A stretch of DNA of 64,000 bases, taken from assembly GCA_965153355.1 (NCBI GenBank), contig OZ231126.1, positions 10,044,001 through 10,108,000 of the forward strand, given 5' to 3'. Position 1 is the stretch's first letter. Each line of letters starts with the position of its first letter. A program made the translations under genes and the position numbers. The stretch comes from Flaccisagitta enflata (taxonomy: Eukaryota). A model generated the notes under the pieces. It did no database searches. It had not been told where the DNA came from and was given only the letters and a program-made list of their open reading frames with translations. This document shows positions 1-13,334 of the stretch, one piece after another.

Positions 1-3000
1 CCGTCAACTTCTCGAAATCGGCGGCCGACTTTCGAGAAAGGGAGGGGGGGAATCGGAAAGGGAGGGGAAGGGTGAATAGCACGTTATAGAGGAAGACAGT
101 ATTGACACTAAGGACAAATCGAGGTAGAAGATAAGGGGAAAATAAGATATAAGGGGAAAAAGATTAAAGGACAGAGAAACGACAATCGCGTTAAGTTAAC
201 ATGTGATCACAATTGATGGCTAAAGTGCCAAATATTGGAGAGACAAAGGAAAACTAAGGGTTTCTGGAGGGTATTGGAGATTAGAAAAGAAATCATCGAC
301 TTGGCTTAGGCTGACCGGCCTACATAGATAAAGGCAAATTTTCATGTGCTTACCTTATCGACGAAGAGCAAGAGATGATTTTTGATGTCTCCTCCGAAGA
401 TCTTTTGCGCGGATTCTTGCGTGAATTCGATGACGAGCGGAAGAGAGTTTTCGGCGACGTGCTTCTTGACGGCGTCGACGGTCAAGTCGGCCGTTGACAA
501 CACGTTGCGGCCTTCGTCGAACTTCTTGAAGAGCACCACCGCGTCACCGTCGACAGACTGGGAGGCGGCCACTTCCGCCGAGGACACGACGCCTGATGAA
601 GAAAGACGCAAGATTTCATTATACAAAAGTGGGCTTATTAGAATGCTCATCAATTGTAATGAGTAATGAGTAATGAAGAGTAGTACCCCTGGGCAGACCA
701 TAAGAGTCCGCATGGCGGGGACCTCGTTAACGTTAAATGTGTGCAACATCTGTTCGTCTATTCGCCTTCTTAGTTTTTTTCTTGTTCTTTGTTTAAGAAC
801 ACTGCTGCACTGTCGTCAGTTTTTTTTTTTTTTTTCTAATCCTCCATATTGATCCACTCCAGCTTCTCAGGCCGTTTTTTTCGCGTTCCGTTTCCATTTG
901 TCGAATGCATTCTTGAATGCATTCACCGACTTCTGCTCTCTCACAATATCCGGAATTGAGTTCCATATCCTTGACGCCCTCGCACAAAAACAGTTGCGTC
1001 TTATTTCCAGTCTTGCTGATTCTTCTTTCAGCACATTTTTCCTTCTTTCCTCCTTTCCATCTGTCACCTTGGTATTTCTTCTTGTGGGCCTTGCGTCATC
1101 TTCCTCTAATTGGAACCATTTTTCCTTGTCGACCCTGTTGAACCCGTTGAGAGTCTTGAAGGTCTCAATGGCGTCACCTCGTTCCCGTCTTTCCGCCAGC
1201 GTTGTGAGGCCAATTTTCTCCAATTTTTCCTCGTACGAATCTCCGCGGACGTCTGATAGCAGCCTTACCATCCGTCTTTGCACTTTTTCCAGTAAATTTT
1301 TGTCTCCTTCCAACCATGGACACCATGACTGCACAGCAAATTCCAGCTTAGGCCGGACAAATGTTTTGTACAATGGGACGAGGGTTTTTGCGTTTCTATA
1401 GTGAAAACTTCTTTGAATTTGCCCAAGTGCAAAATTCGCCGCTTTTGCCGCCACCGCACATTGCTTTCCCGGTTTTCCTGTTGCTTCCACCCAGACTCCC
1501 AGGTCTTTCTGCTCCGTCGTTTCGCCGATTTGTTGACCATTCATGACATATCCATATTTTGGATTGTTTCTCCCGACATGCATGATTTTGCATTTGTCCG
1601 CATGAAACGACATACCCCATTTCTCGGCCCATTTCATCAGTCTGTCGATCGTTTCTTGCATGCGTCTTTGGTCGTCGTCATTTTCAACCACTTGAGCGAC
1701 CTTCGTGTCATCCGCAAACAGAAGCACCAACGCTTCCAGGACTTCTTTGCATATGTCATTGATGAAAATATCAAAGAGGGTTCCTCCCAGCACTGAACCC
1801 TGTACAACACTGCTTAGCACCTCTATCCATTCCGAGAAAACTCCTTCCACTTTCACACGCTGCCTTCTTCCCCTCAGCCAGTCTTCAATCCATTTGAGCA
1901 GTTTCCCTTTTATCCCCACCGTTTCCAGCTTCAACATCAGTCTTCGATGACAGACTTTGTCAAAGGCCTTACTAAAGTCAAGGTAAAGGATGTCATATGA
2001 CTTGCCCTCGTCCATCCATTTAGTTGTTGCGTTGTTAAATTCAACGATATTTGTCATCACGGACCTCCCCGACCGGAAACCATGCTGTTCTTCCGCAATC
2101 AGCCGATGTCCCTCCATATGACTCATCACCGACTCTTTCACCAATCTCTCCATTATCTTTCCAGTTACGTTTGTCAAGCTCACAGGCCTGTAGTTCGCCG
2201 GGTCCGCTTTTTTTCCCTTCTTAAATATAGGCGTCACTTCCGCGTCGCGCCAATCATCAGGGATTTTGCCGTCTTCCATGGATTTCCTAAATAACAACGT
2301 GAGCGGCTCTGCAATTTCATTTTTCAGTTCTTTCAAAACTCTTGGCGGGATCCCATCTGGTCCTGCTGATGAGTTTTCTTTCAGGTTGCCGATGATACGA
2401 AGGACTGCTTCTCTTTCGATAGCGACATCTTCGATGACCTCGTTTGCTTGCTCCGTCTGCCTGGCCGATAACGTTTCATTACAAACTGTGAAAACCGATC
2501 CATATTGTTCATTAAGCAGATTCGCCTGTTGTTTCGGGTCAGTCACTATTCGTTTTTCTCTGTCCATTAGCGGGCCAATTCTGCAGCGTGTCTTTTTCGC
2601 CTTATTCACAAAAGCGTAATATAATTTCGGGTTTGTTTTGCGGCACTCAGCAATCTTCCGTTCATGAGCATTCTTCTTTTTTCTTATCTTTTTCTTCGTT
2701 TCATTTACTCTTTTCTTATACTCATCTCTATCTCTCTCCTTTTTCGTTTCCTTCCACTTCCTCCACGCGATTTTCTTCTCACGTATGCATTTTTTCACAT
2801 CAGCGTCCATCCATGGTGGATTTTTTCCATTTTTTCTCTTCTTCCATGGAATGAATTCAGCCATTGACGTTTGGATATGTTTCTTTATCGTATTCCACAT
2901 TTCATTTACATTTTTCTCTGCAAGCTCTCTTTTCCAGTTGATATTTGCCGTCGCCGCGCGCATCTCGTCAAATTTGGCTTTCCCATAATTCAGTGACATC

Positions 3001-6000
3001 CGTTCCTTCTCCTTCTCGGTTGCAACACTCATTGTAAACGCGATCAGATCATGATCACTTTTTCCAATTCTACTCTCGTTCTTCACATCGTTTACCATGT
3101 CCTCTCTGTTGCACAGCACCAAGTCCAAGATGTTCCCGCTCCTGTGAGTTGGCTCCGTCACTAGCTGTTCCATGTATTGTTCCATTGCAACCTCGTGGAA
3201 GTCTCATCCTTTACTTCCTGCTTGGCCGTTTTCCCAATCAATGTCCGGTAGATTGAAGTCGCCGATGATTACATTTGGCCCTCGCATCTCTCTTACCCAT
3301 CGGCACAAGTCTTCGTCATTTTGTTTACTCGAGTTTGGGGATCGATACACAACGTGTAATTTCACATTTTCCCCGCCGTTTTTTATTTCAATCGATGCGC
3401 ACTGATTGAAAGTCGTTTTTACGTCTATTTGTCGCAAGTCTACGGCTTTATTCGCGTAGATGACGATTCCACCTCCTCGCCCCCTCTCAGTGTCGTTGCG
3501 ATCTGACCTGGCCACCAGCTCAAATCCTTCCACATTTAGGAAGTCGCTTCCTATTTCTCCGTGCGTCCAAGTCTCCGTAAACGCCACAATGTCCGGTTTT
3601 TCCAACGCCATAATTGCTCTTACTTCTTCTATCTTATTGACGATACTCTGCACGTTTCCAAACATTACTTTCACCTGCCTGGTGCTCTCTCCTCCCACCA
3701 CACCACCTTCCTTTCTCCTTTTATCGTTTTCACCTTGTATTCTCCTCCCGTCCTGCCCTCGTTTTTTGCCGTGTCGTTGAGTCGATCCCTCTCCTCCTTC
3801 AATTCTTTTTCCTTCTTCTTTCCCTCTTCACGCTGTTTCTTAGTGAGATCCGGTGACACGTAGACGTCTCGCCATCCGGCCTTCCTTCCCAGCAAATATG
3901 CTTTCTTCAGGATCCCTTCCCGGGTTCCTTCGTCACTCAATTTCACGATGAGAGGTCGCTTTTTGCCTTGAGTTTTGGCTCCTGCCCGAAACTTGACTTC
4001 CACAGTGCCCTTGACCTCCACCCCCACTTCCTCTGCGATGCGTTTGACGATCTCAACGTCATCTTCTTTCTCTTCCTCGTCGGTTTTCGTCGATTCCGTT
4101 GCGCCGTAGACCACAATGTTGGAACCGCGCTCTTCCATTTCTTTCAGCTCAGTCGACATCTCTTCCTTCACCTCCTTCTTGGCCTGCTCCATCCCTGTCT
4201 CAATCTCCTTCTCCATTTCCACGACCTTTTCTTTCACTTGGTTGTTGTTGGTCTGCAAGAGTGCAAGCTGAGCCTGCAACGCCTCAATCATTGCTTTCAT
4301 CGCTGCCCTTTCGGCGTCTGCTACTGCCGCCTTTTGCTCCATACTTTCCACTTTTGCCCGAATCGTAAGCAGATCTCCATTCAGCCTTGGAGCCACTTTC
4401 ACGCATGTGTTACACAAAAACCTTCCCGTTCCAAACATGTGATTTATCATGTCACCCATCTCGACATGTTCTGGTGTCGCGTTTTCCATGCACTTAATGT
4501 GGATCCATTGTCGGCAGAGAGCGCAGACAAGGCCTTCACTCTGCAACGCACATTCCTTGCTGCAACGACCACACAAGTTTTTGGCTCCTCCTTGTGCTCT
4601 TTTTTCTCTCCCTGCTGGCGTGCCGGTTCTGTCGGTTTTGTCCGCGTTCTTTAGCTGATCCGCAGCAGTGGCGCCGGCTTCCCAGCGGCGTCGTTTCAGC
4701 GGCGTCGTTTCAGCGGCGTCGTTTCAGCGGCGTCGTTTCAGCGGCGTCGTTTCAGCGGCGTCGTTTCAGCGGCGTCGTCTCCGTGTCGGCGTCGCCCAGT
4801 GTCGCCCCTGGGTGCGATGCCAATCTGCTGCCGATCCACCGAATCTTTTCCCGTCTCGTTCTTTTTCTGTTTGAGTTAATGTTTGAGTCTTGACTCTCGA
4901 GTTTTTTCGTTCTCCGTTGAGAAGCTTTCATAAATGTTCCACAATTGTTTAGGACGTTGGCTCGTCCGCCCGAGACCGTCACACGTCTCCCAGGGCCTTC
5001 GTCTTAATCAATTAATATCTGAAACACTTTTATTAAGCAAATAAAAGAATTTTAGCTTACAACTGTTTTAGTTGTTTTTTATTGTTAGTTTATTTTATTC
5101 TTTATGATTAAGAGCATTTCAAAATACAAACTTATTAGAATATCTCTCAATTACAACTTTTTGTTGTTGTTGGGTAATGTTTTTTCTAACTCTTTTTCTA
5201 TTATTTTTTTTTTTTTTGCGCTAGTATGCTCGCAATGTTCTGGTAATCACACCACTGCCTCTGCTTTCTACGGCCAGTCAATCTCACTCACGCACTCACC
5301 CATGGGAATTCCTTCAATCTCAGCTGCTGCTTTGAGGAAAGTGGCCATGGCATCGGCGCTGGGATCGGCGAAGAATCCGACGACGGCGACTTCGGCGGCG
5401 TCGATGAACCCTTTCAACTCCACCGCCGAACTCAGCGTCTTCGCAGGAGGACCTTGATTTTTCAAAGAGATATAAATGTGAAGAATAAGACTCAATGGAA
5501 CCACAGAATATTTGCGGTGGATTACATAATATCCGAGGGGGGGGGGCAGAGAGTTAATCTCACTCTTCTTTTCCAATGTTCTTCCATTCGTCCTTTTTTA
5601 CTCAATTTGTTTCCCATATAAACTCTCCTTCCCATACGTCTTTTTATAGAGCCATCTCTCATCGTCAACCAAGCTGTAAACTCATGATTGTCAAGCGGTA
5701 AAATCACGATGATCCACCAATCATAAATTGCAATACTAACTCCACACTAACACCCTTTCTCAAACACTCGTGCGCACCCGTCTTTTTGTTGAGCCATTCG
5801 ATGATGTCTGCCGCTTTGCGTCCTCCGCCGTATTCAGTCGGGTTTCCGCCTTTGAAGAACTTCAAAGTCGGATAACCGCGAACGCCGAATTTCTCACCCA
5901 AAGCAGTCTCAACCGTCGCGTCAACCTGGCAAGAGACGGGGAAGAGGAGTGGAAGGGAGAGGAGGAAAGGGGAGGAGGAAAGGGGAGGAGGAAAGAGGAG

Positions 6001-6943
6001 GTGGAATAGGTGGAGGGGAGAGAAAATGAGTTAGTATGGAAGGGGAGAGGAGGGAAATGGAGTAGAAACAAGAAAAGACGGAAGAGTCGGAAGATGTAGT
6101 GCTTATTTGGAGGAAGAAGAGGAAGAAGAAGTGAGAGATGGAAGAAGAGGAAGAAGGGAGTATGGGGAAGGGAAGTAGGCATAGAAAATGAGAAAGATTA
6201 AGAAGACAGTTGGAAAAGAAAGGAGCGTTAATCTTTCCTCTGATTATGAACTAATGATTCTCGTGATCGATAATTACACCTTCATGTAGGGAATCAACAT
6301 ACAAGGGCAAATGAACTCACTTTGGCAAGTTTGACAGGCGATTCTTCCTCCTTTAATTGCTGGGCGGCTTTGGCATATTCTGGGGCCAAGGATTTGCAGT
6401 GACCGCACCAAGGAGCATAAAATTCGACTGCGTGAAAAAAAAGAGAGACATAGAATGATATAAATTGAGGTTTCCCTCATTGCCGCCCCTCGCCCATGGT
6501 CGTCCTTTTGCCAATCCATCATCCAACCAAGTTGACAATCTTGCTGAGATACATTCACTCAATCAAACGATTTCGCAAACAGGAAATAAATCTTCTAATT
6601 CCTTCTGAGTCTGCTTGACAACCGCTTAGACGGTTTCAGGAACTAAAATCAATCTCCAATTTGCATGCCGGCAAAAAACAATCAGAATTCAGGAACTAAA
6701 ACCAATCTTCAATTTACCCACGAAACAATCGGGAATATATATCAAAGGAGAACAACCAGAACTTTTACCAAAAATTCTCTAATCATAACACCCCCCCCCC
6801 ATCTCCTTACCTAGAATGAACTCGTTCGCGGCGACTGTGGCGTCGAAATTATCGGTGGTTAAAACAAGGACGCCCTCTTCTTCCGCGACGTCGCTCGACG
6901 CCAGCACCGCCAATGATAAAATCAACAACAAAAGGCCCTTCAT
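1..6943 (-). CDS. P4HB: Protein disulfide isomerase (PDI/P4HB-like), multi-exon, 3' end runs out of the window
   Basis: GT-AG exons 6943-6811 (signal peptide [17 protein letters not shown]), 6427-6321 ([12 protein letters not shown] active site), 5925-5778 ([10 protein letters not shown]), 5452-5300, 592-354 ([18 protein letters not shown]) and 28-1; intron phases are consistent. Confidence 0.93.
867..3665 (-). pseudogene. LINE ORF2 (APE endonuclease + reverse transcriptase) with one in-frame TGA at 3206-3204
   Basis: APE motifs [23 protein letters not shown] motifs [20 protein letters not shown]. ORFs 3204..3701 and 867..3185 share a frame and are separated only by the stop. Confidence 0.88.
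3671..4576 (-). CDS. LINE ORF1: PHD-like Cys finger, coiled coil, RRM/CTD-like region
   Basis: CGRC...[12 protein letters not shown]...FLCNTC, followed by NIVVYG, RPLIVKL and [11 protein letters not shown]. The true start is unclear. Confidence 0.8.
   Translation of the reverse strand: MCGRCSKECALQSEGLVCALCRQWIHIKCMENATPEHVEMGDMINHMFGTGRFLCNTCVKVAPRLNGDLLTIRAKVESMEQKAAVADAERAAMKAMIEALQAQLALLQTNNNQVKEKVVEMEKEIETGMEQAKKEVKEEMSTELKEMEERGSNIVVYGATESTKTDEEEKEDDVEIVKRIAEEVGVEVKGTVEVKFRAGAKTQGKKRPLIVKLSDEGTREGILKKAYLLGRKAGWRDVYVSPDLTKKQREEGKKKEKELKEERDRLNDTAKNEGRTGGEYKVKTIKGERKVVWWEERAPGR
4682..4780. repeat. Tandem 14-bp repeat (CAGCGGCGTCGTTT)n in the LINE 5' region
   Basis: About 7 near-perfect copies are visible. 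Confidence 0.9.
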
Positions 6944-7461
6944 ACTTGATTTGTTTTAAAAGGTGTTTATATAATTGAAACCTAATGTTTATACAACTTG
7001 ATAAATAGTATAGAGATGGAAACGTTCGTTGCCGCAGCTTCCTACTGAATGTGTAAATAATAAAAGTGTGAATAAACACAAGTATAAGTACTTGTAATAC
7101 CTAACTGTGCAGAAATTCGAAGTAAAAGTATGGTTATCAAGGAAAAAAAACGGAAACCAATTTTTCATCATCATACAAGGGGTCACGATCTAAGAATTAA
7201 TTAATTTGCGGCGAGACGGAAGCGAGGTAAGGCTTGATAGAAAACAGTTCTCAAAGTTGCTCTACAGCGCATCGATCAACGAAACGCCGTCAAGCGAAAT
7301 GATTTCAAGTCGGAGAAAAAACTTATGACATAAGATAACGTCAGAATCGCTTGAATGAGATTTCGAAAAGGCGGATACAAAAAGAGACGATGTAACTAAA
7401 AACGAAGAAGATTGAATTAATTATCTTTATTCGTCTGTATTTGTTTTCTCAAAATTCCCGA

Positions 7462-10400
7462 TTAAGAAATTCCGGCGATGTTGAAATTTCTTTGGAAAAC
7501 GTTTTGCGGCATTTGACATTTGGTGACCGGTGATGTCAACTTGTTCGACAACGCCATTGACGATGCTGATGAAGTCATCGACGTCGACATCGGCGTCACC
7601 GTCGTCGTCGAATCCTCGGCATCCATCTTTTTTTCCTCTTCCCCTTCATTCTCCGCCCCAGTTTCAGCGGCTTTCCTCTCCAAATCGACACCCAACGCCT
7701 GGAAGAGGGCTCTTTGAGACACGAGATATTCTGGCGTGACTTTCTTGGCCATGTTGGCGAGGCAGTTGGTGACATCCTCGGCCAATCCCAACTCCTCCAT
7801 CGACGCGGGACGAACCAGCGCCAAGTGCGGCGGCGGAGCGCGACTCAATCGAGACATTTGCATCCGATGAAGAGATTCCAGTTGAGACGCCGAAGCCGAC
7901 AAAAGTTCGTCCATCGCGATAACGTGGGCGGGGAGAGATGACGATCCAGTTTCCGTTGGACTTTCTTCGGTAGATAAAGTCATCGTGGATGCGACAGCGG
8001 CGGAAGCGACACCCTCACAAGCCATCTTGGCGATCTTTGATTCCGCTTCCACCAACTGCTTTCTAGATTCGACAACTTCCGGCCGTTTCCGGTATTCACC
8101 GCCAGACAGCGCGTCCAGCAGTCCGTCAACTGAATCTAACTCGTAATCGACGACGTCGCCGCACTTGGTCGCAGCTGCGGCAACTGCTGCCGTTCCGCCT
8201 CCTCCTCCTCCTGGCGTAACCATGGCTTTGGCGATGGCGTTCCTGATCGCGTCGGCGTGAACGAGGTCGTCCTCCGCGTGGAAGGAAGAAACGAGTTGAT
8301 CCGAATCTTGTTTGGACAGAGTCGCGAATCGCGAATCGTAAGACGGACCGAAAGAACAAAACGGAGTCTCCTCGATCGCTTTCACCTGCGAAAAGGAGAG
8401 GGTTGAGTTTAGATAAGACACGTGTAGAGCTGACTTACTGTAATTATCGTCTGTCAATCTTCACCAAGAGTAGGCCTAGGTCTACAATTTGGATAATTTG
8501 AAAAAAACCTAACGAACCGGTTTGACGAGGTTCCGGCGATCCTCCTTAAAACCGGCGAGAGTGACGGCAGAGGCCCCTCCAGCAGCACTCGACGCGGCGC
8601 TCACGGGCGCTAATCGATTCAGCGTCTGCTTCATGGAGATGGCGGCGCTCATCGCGACGTTGTTATCTAAGCTTCCTCCTCTGGCGGCAGTCGGTTGCGT
8701 GGATCTGTAAAGCGCCTCTCCATTCGGATCTACATGCACGGCAGCGTTGTCCGGATTCAAAATAGCCAAAGAAGTCAATCCTTGAGAGCTATCTCTGCGC
8801 GTCATTACCGCACCCGCGGGACGCGTCAGACGCTGATTAGAGATCGCCGTCGCCGCTGCGGCGCCGCGTTTCGACACCGCCGTCGAGTTTCCGGCGACGC
8901 CGTTCATCCACGTGGTGACGATGTCTCTGGGAATGACGGCGTCTGGTAGCGCCGGTCTCGTGGTTGACGTCGTTTTCTTAGCCGATTTAGCTGCAGAAAC
9001 TGCGCCGGATTTGGCTTTGGCCTTTTCTTCTTTGTCCATTCGAATCCACTCGATTTTGAGATCCTCGTCGGTGAGAAGCGCTTCCGGTCGATCGATCTCC
9101 ACGAACCTGAGATGGACCAACCGTACGGCAGTTTAGGCAGTGCCCAAGGGCCCCGCGCTTCAAGAGGCCCAACGTCTTTTAAGGACAAAGATGTCTGTAT
9201 TTGTTTCTCTCTCTCTCTCTCCCTTTGCCGTATACACAGACCCCCAATCGCGGAAGGGTGGGCAGGAGCACTAAAATAATAATACGCTTACATTTAGAAA
9301 TTTTTCAGACTTACGGACCGACTGACACGGCAAGCTCGAGTTGTATGTCCACGACTAAACCAATTTGTGAATGCAATTATCTAAAGATGTATTTATTTGC
9401 TTACTAAGTAATTTGTTAGGCTGTGCATATATTGTTATATCTGAACATAGTCATGAATTTTAGTTACATTCATAAATAATTTTTAAGCTATCAAATCATT
9501 GATAATCTTTTTCAATATGAGGGAAGGGGGAACAGAGGGGCGGGGGGGGGGGGTTCCGCGGCCCCACGCCATGCGGATCCATATCAGCCACGTACATGTT
9601 GCCTTCGTCGTCGTATGGACTTGATGATGAGGATGACGCTGTCGTGGGAGTTGTTGTTGTAGCGGCAGCGGAAGTGGCAGCGGCAGCTCCATCGGCTGCA
9701 GCAGCGGCGGCGGCGCCGACTTTCGTGGGCGTTCCAGCTGCGGCGGCCGCTATTTCCGGAGCCGGTTTCTGCGCGGCCAATTCTGCTTCATCCAATCCCA
9801 GTTGAGCGATGCTGATGCCGGCCATCAGAGTCGGAAACGCGAACTTCAAACCCAACAAACCATCCTTGACGGTCGTCTTTCGTACAAACTGACGCAATTT
9901 ACGCGCGGAGTGATACATCACCGAAGATGAGTCGAAGTACCTGCGGAGGGAGAAGGTGGAAGTGATGGGGAGGGATAAGGAGGGAGAGGGATACGTAAGG
10001 AGAGGGGAAGAGCAGAGAAAGGTGAGGGGGTAAGGGGGAATAGGAAAGAAGAGGGAGAATGAGGGAGAACGAGGGAAGGGGAAAGAGATGGGAGAAACAA
10101 ACAAATACTAGGTTTCCAAATGGAAATTCAACATGTAATGAAAGTGCAAGATGAAATTGAAACAACAAAAGTTTCTTACTTGATGGCGTTGTCGAAAAGC
10201 AACATGGCATCGGCGCGAAACGACGTGAGATCTTGATAATCGCCGGCCTCGAATCGCTGCTGAATTAAATTCAGATCCATGCGAGTGTCCACGCGTGAAA
10301 AATAACCCGGGAAAAGCGTCTCTGTTATGTCATTACGATTGAGTGAAAAGGAAGGACACTCGATGAAAAGGGACTAAAAATCAGCACTGCACAGCGCAAT

Positions 10401-13334
10401 CTGTAGTACAAAAAAGTGACATTAATGCCCCAGGCAAAAGCCTCAATGTCCCCTTTAAAAAAAGTTAGAGTTTGGATATGCTCAAATCTATGCCCCGTTA
10501 AAAGTTAGTGAAAAAAATGATTCAAGGACTAAACAGGGACTTAACGGGGCATATGCCTCATTTAGTTTATTTTTTCTTAATCAAAAATGTTTTGCACAAG
10601 AATCAGCATTGGAAAATGAAGAAAATAAATTAATCTAAATGGGGGATTCCTCAGGGAATTCTTCCAGGATTAAACTCTGATATTTTTAGAATATGCTCGG
10701 TTCACTGATGAATAATTGTAATGGGGGAACTCCCCGGGAATTCCCAGGGGCATTAATATCACTACAGATTGCGCTGTGCACTGGCTCTCAAGGACAGTTC
10801 AAACTATCTAGATTAAGTTTATTTGTAACAGCCATTTTGTCAATGACGTAAAACGCAAAATATAGGTAAATTTATGAACGTCAGAACAATTATAACCCAG
10901 GTTTACGATGTCATCGCGGACGGTGGAAGAGCTCACGGATGGAGGGACGGCCAAAACCTTTCACGGAGTCCGCGACCAGAAAGCTTTTTTTCTATAGCAT
11001 TTTCTAATAAGCCAAAGATCTGATCATAAGATGTTTCACACTTTTCTGTCACTAACCAGTAAGCGGATGAGCGAAAAATCCGTGTTGATCCTTCCTTCTG
11101 AGAACCCTGATGAAGAAATCGATGAGATTCTGGAAGCCGACTGCGTTGAAGGCGTTGACGCGGAAAGTCACCGTCTCTTTCGGCACGGGAGGGGGAGGAG
11201 GAGGAGCCGGCGTCTCTTCCTTACCCGAACCGGCGCCGCCTTCTTCCTTTTTGAACAGAGATGAATTCGCATCAAAGGCGCCGCCGCCGACGCCGCTTCT
11301 GGGAGTGCCGGGCGTTGAGGAGGAAGCGGATCCGGATTCTTTCTTGAAACCAAAGGCCTCTTTCTTCGGCGTCGATTCTGCGGAGGAATACACGAGGAAA
11401 TGTGAAGTGGTTGGGAGGAGAAGGAAGAGTAAGAGAAGACAAAAATGAGGAGGGAGCAAATGAGCGTTGTACAAAGCTTGATGCAAGATACTGACGAGGT
11501 TATACCCGGTTTGGTGACTGCCCTCGCGAGACGGGGTCTTTTCCCAGGCGGCGTCTCAGTCCCAGAATTGCCTTCGCCGCCAACATCAGGTTCTGTACAT
11601 AGAATCAGAAAAAAAATTGCCAGTATAATTGATGTCAAGGCAAACATATTAAACAAACACTCGATGACAACGTGGAAGTTCCATGATGGAACAATACCTA
11701 ACAAGATCAACAAACAAAAACTATAAAGATCAACAAACTTCTCTCCCTTTTCAGAGAGAACTTTGATGGAACTATATTCATGTACATGTACACATCTGCA
11801 GCCGATTTTGTTGAAGTTGGCCACAGGTGCCGATTTTGCTAAGCTTCCGCGTAGCAAGGGAAATTAAGCACAAGCTGTCGCATTTTTACAAGCTTGTACG
11901 TTGGCTTAGGACCGTGTGTTAGTTTCTCCCGCCTCCTATTTATATGAAGTGCTCAATGACCCTTACCGTCGAATGTTGGACTCCGTCAAATCCGATTAAA
12001 GGTCAACATAGCAAATTATGTGATGTAACCGCACTCGCACTCAGGCGCAAGCTCAAATGTACTCCTGTTGCATGCTCCGTGTTCGAGCGAAACATCATTG
12101 GAGAATTCCACTGAATATTAGTTGCTTAGTAACAAAACGTAATTGTGTTTCACAGTCAATTTTTCTTTGATAGATTCACCATTTTACATTATCATTACGA
12201 AATCATCTGGTCTTTACTCGGCCATAAAAATAAAGAAATGTTTGACACTCAGAACGACTTCAATTATGGTTTAAAAAACTTTGAGTGGCATGTATAAAAT
12301 CTTTAACTGCAATATGCAAATGAGCATTTCATCCACCGAGACAAGCAGAGCATCAAGTAGTTGCAGTTGCATGAAATCGGCATTCGGTTCTTTCCTCCCT
12401 ACATTCCTTCAATCCTTCTCCCCCTTGTCCTTAATTCCCCGTTAACCATCTCTCCCCCCCCCCTTCCGCCCCTTAAGCACATCTAGTGCACTTTGGCGCT
12501 TGTTTGCCGCGTAGCATTGCTACCAAGCTACGCAGAATCGGCACCTCTGATTAGTTGGCCTCCTTGGCCCATTCATATATCATCGCGAATTACTCTTTTT
12601 GGCGGCAGAGGCCGGTGTTTGCAGCAGTCTTTTGGCGACTTTGTTGGCGTTGGGGCCTTTGACGGGCGTAGCAGATCGACTGCCTTCCTCCACTTCGCTT
12701 AAAGCGGCGCCGAAGTCGTCGACGGCGTCGTCTTCACCGTATTTGTGACGCTTTTTCTTGATCTTACGAGTCGATCTGAGATGTGAACGAGAAAAAGATA
12801 ACTTAAACATACATACTAAATCATACAGACTTAATCATCTCTATCAAATATCCATCAAAACCACTCCTTCAGAACATAATGACACTTGTATACAGAGAAG
12901 TCATTGCATTTACCCGCTTCCCTGCTCAAGCGCTCTAGCCTTATTCGACCAGATCGACACCACCTAGCCTAGACGGCGTTTTCACTGTACCCGCCTTTAG
13001 TCTCTGGCTCGTACTATCCTTATCTTACAGACTGGAGCGTCAGCCCGCAATCTACTCACCTTCGCTCTTCCGTCCCATCCTCGTCCTTTCCCTCGTCTTT
13101 CGGTGACGCCGCATCCCCGCCTTCGCCGTCTGGCTTCTTTCCCACGCCACCCAACTTCTTCTCGGAGGTCGAAGCAGAATCACCGCCACCGCCGCCGCCG
13201 CCGCTGGTTTTAGCCATCAGCGCCGCTGCAGCAGCAGCCGCAACTTCCGCCGCTGCCTTTGCTGCCACAGCGGAAACATCATCTTCCGCAATGTTCTTGT
13301 CTTGAAGATGAACGATACGCTTCACCTTCACCAT
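7462..13334 (-). CDS. Bromodomain protein BRD7/BRD9-like, multi-exon
   Basis: Bromodomain split across exons (LRRKDQHGFFAHPLT; FPGYFSRVDTRMDLNLIQQRFEAGDYQDLTSFRADAMLLFDNAI; YFDSSSVMYHSARKL). The last exon has FCSFGPSYDSRFATLSKQDSDQL, typical of BRD7/9. Confidence 0.8.
10390..10778. mobile_element. Non-autonomous Transib/RAG-like MITE in a BRD intron
   Basis: Perfect 18-bp TIR CACAGCGCAATCTGTAGT; 5-bp TSD CACTG at 10385-10389 and 10779-10783. Confidence 0.75.

Larger units (their letters stand above)
655..4990 (-). mobile_element. CR1/L2-clade LINE retrotransposon, near full length, in a PDI intron
   Basis: ORF1 with PHD-like finger, ORF2 with APE endonuclease and RT, and a 3' tail of short (CTCATTA)n repeats at ~655-675 preceded by a short stem-loop. 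The 5' boundary is approximate. Confidence 0.92.

Noticed and set aside
898-4654. Plus-strand ORFs over the LINE
   Set aside because: Antisense shadows of ORF1/ORF2 with no motifs.
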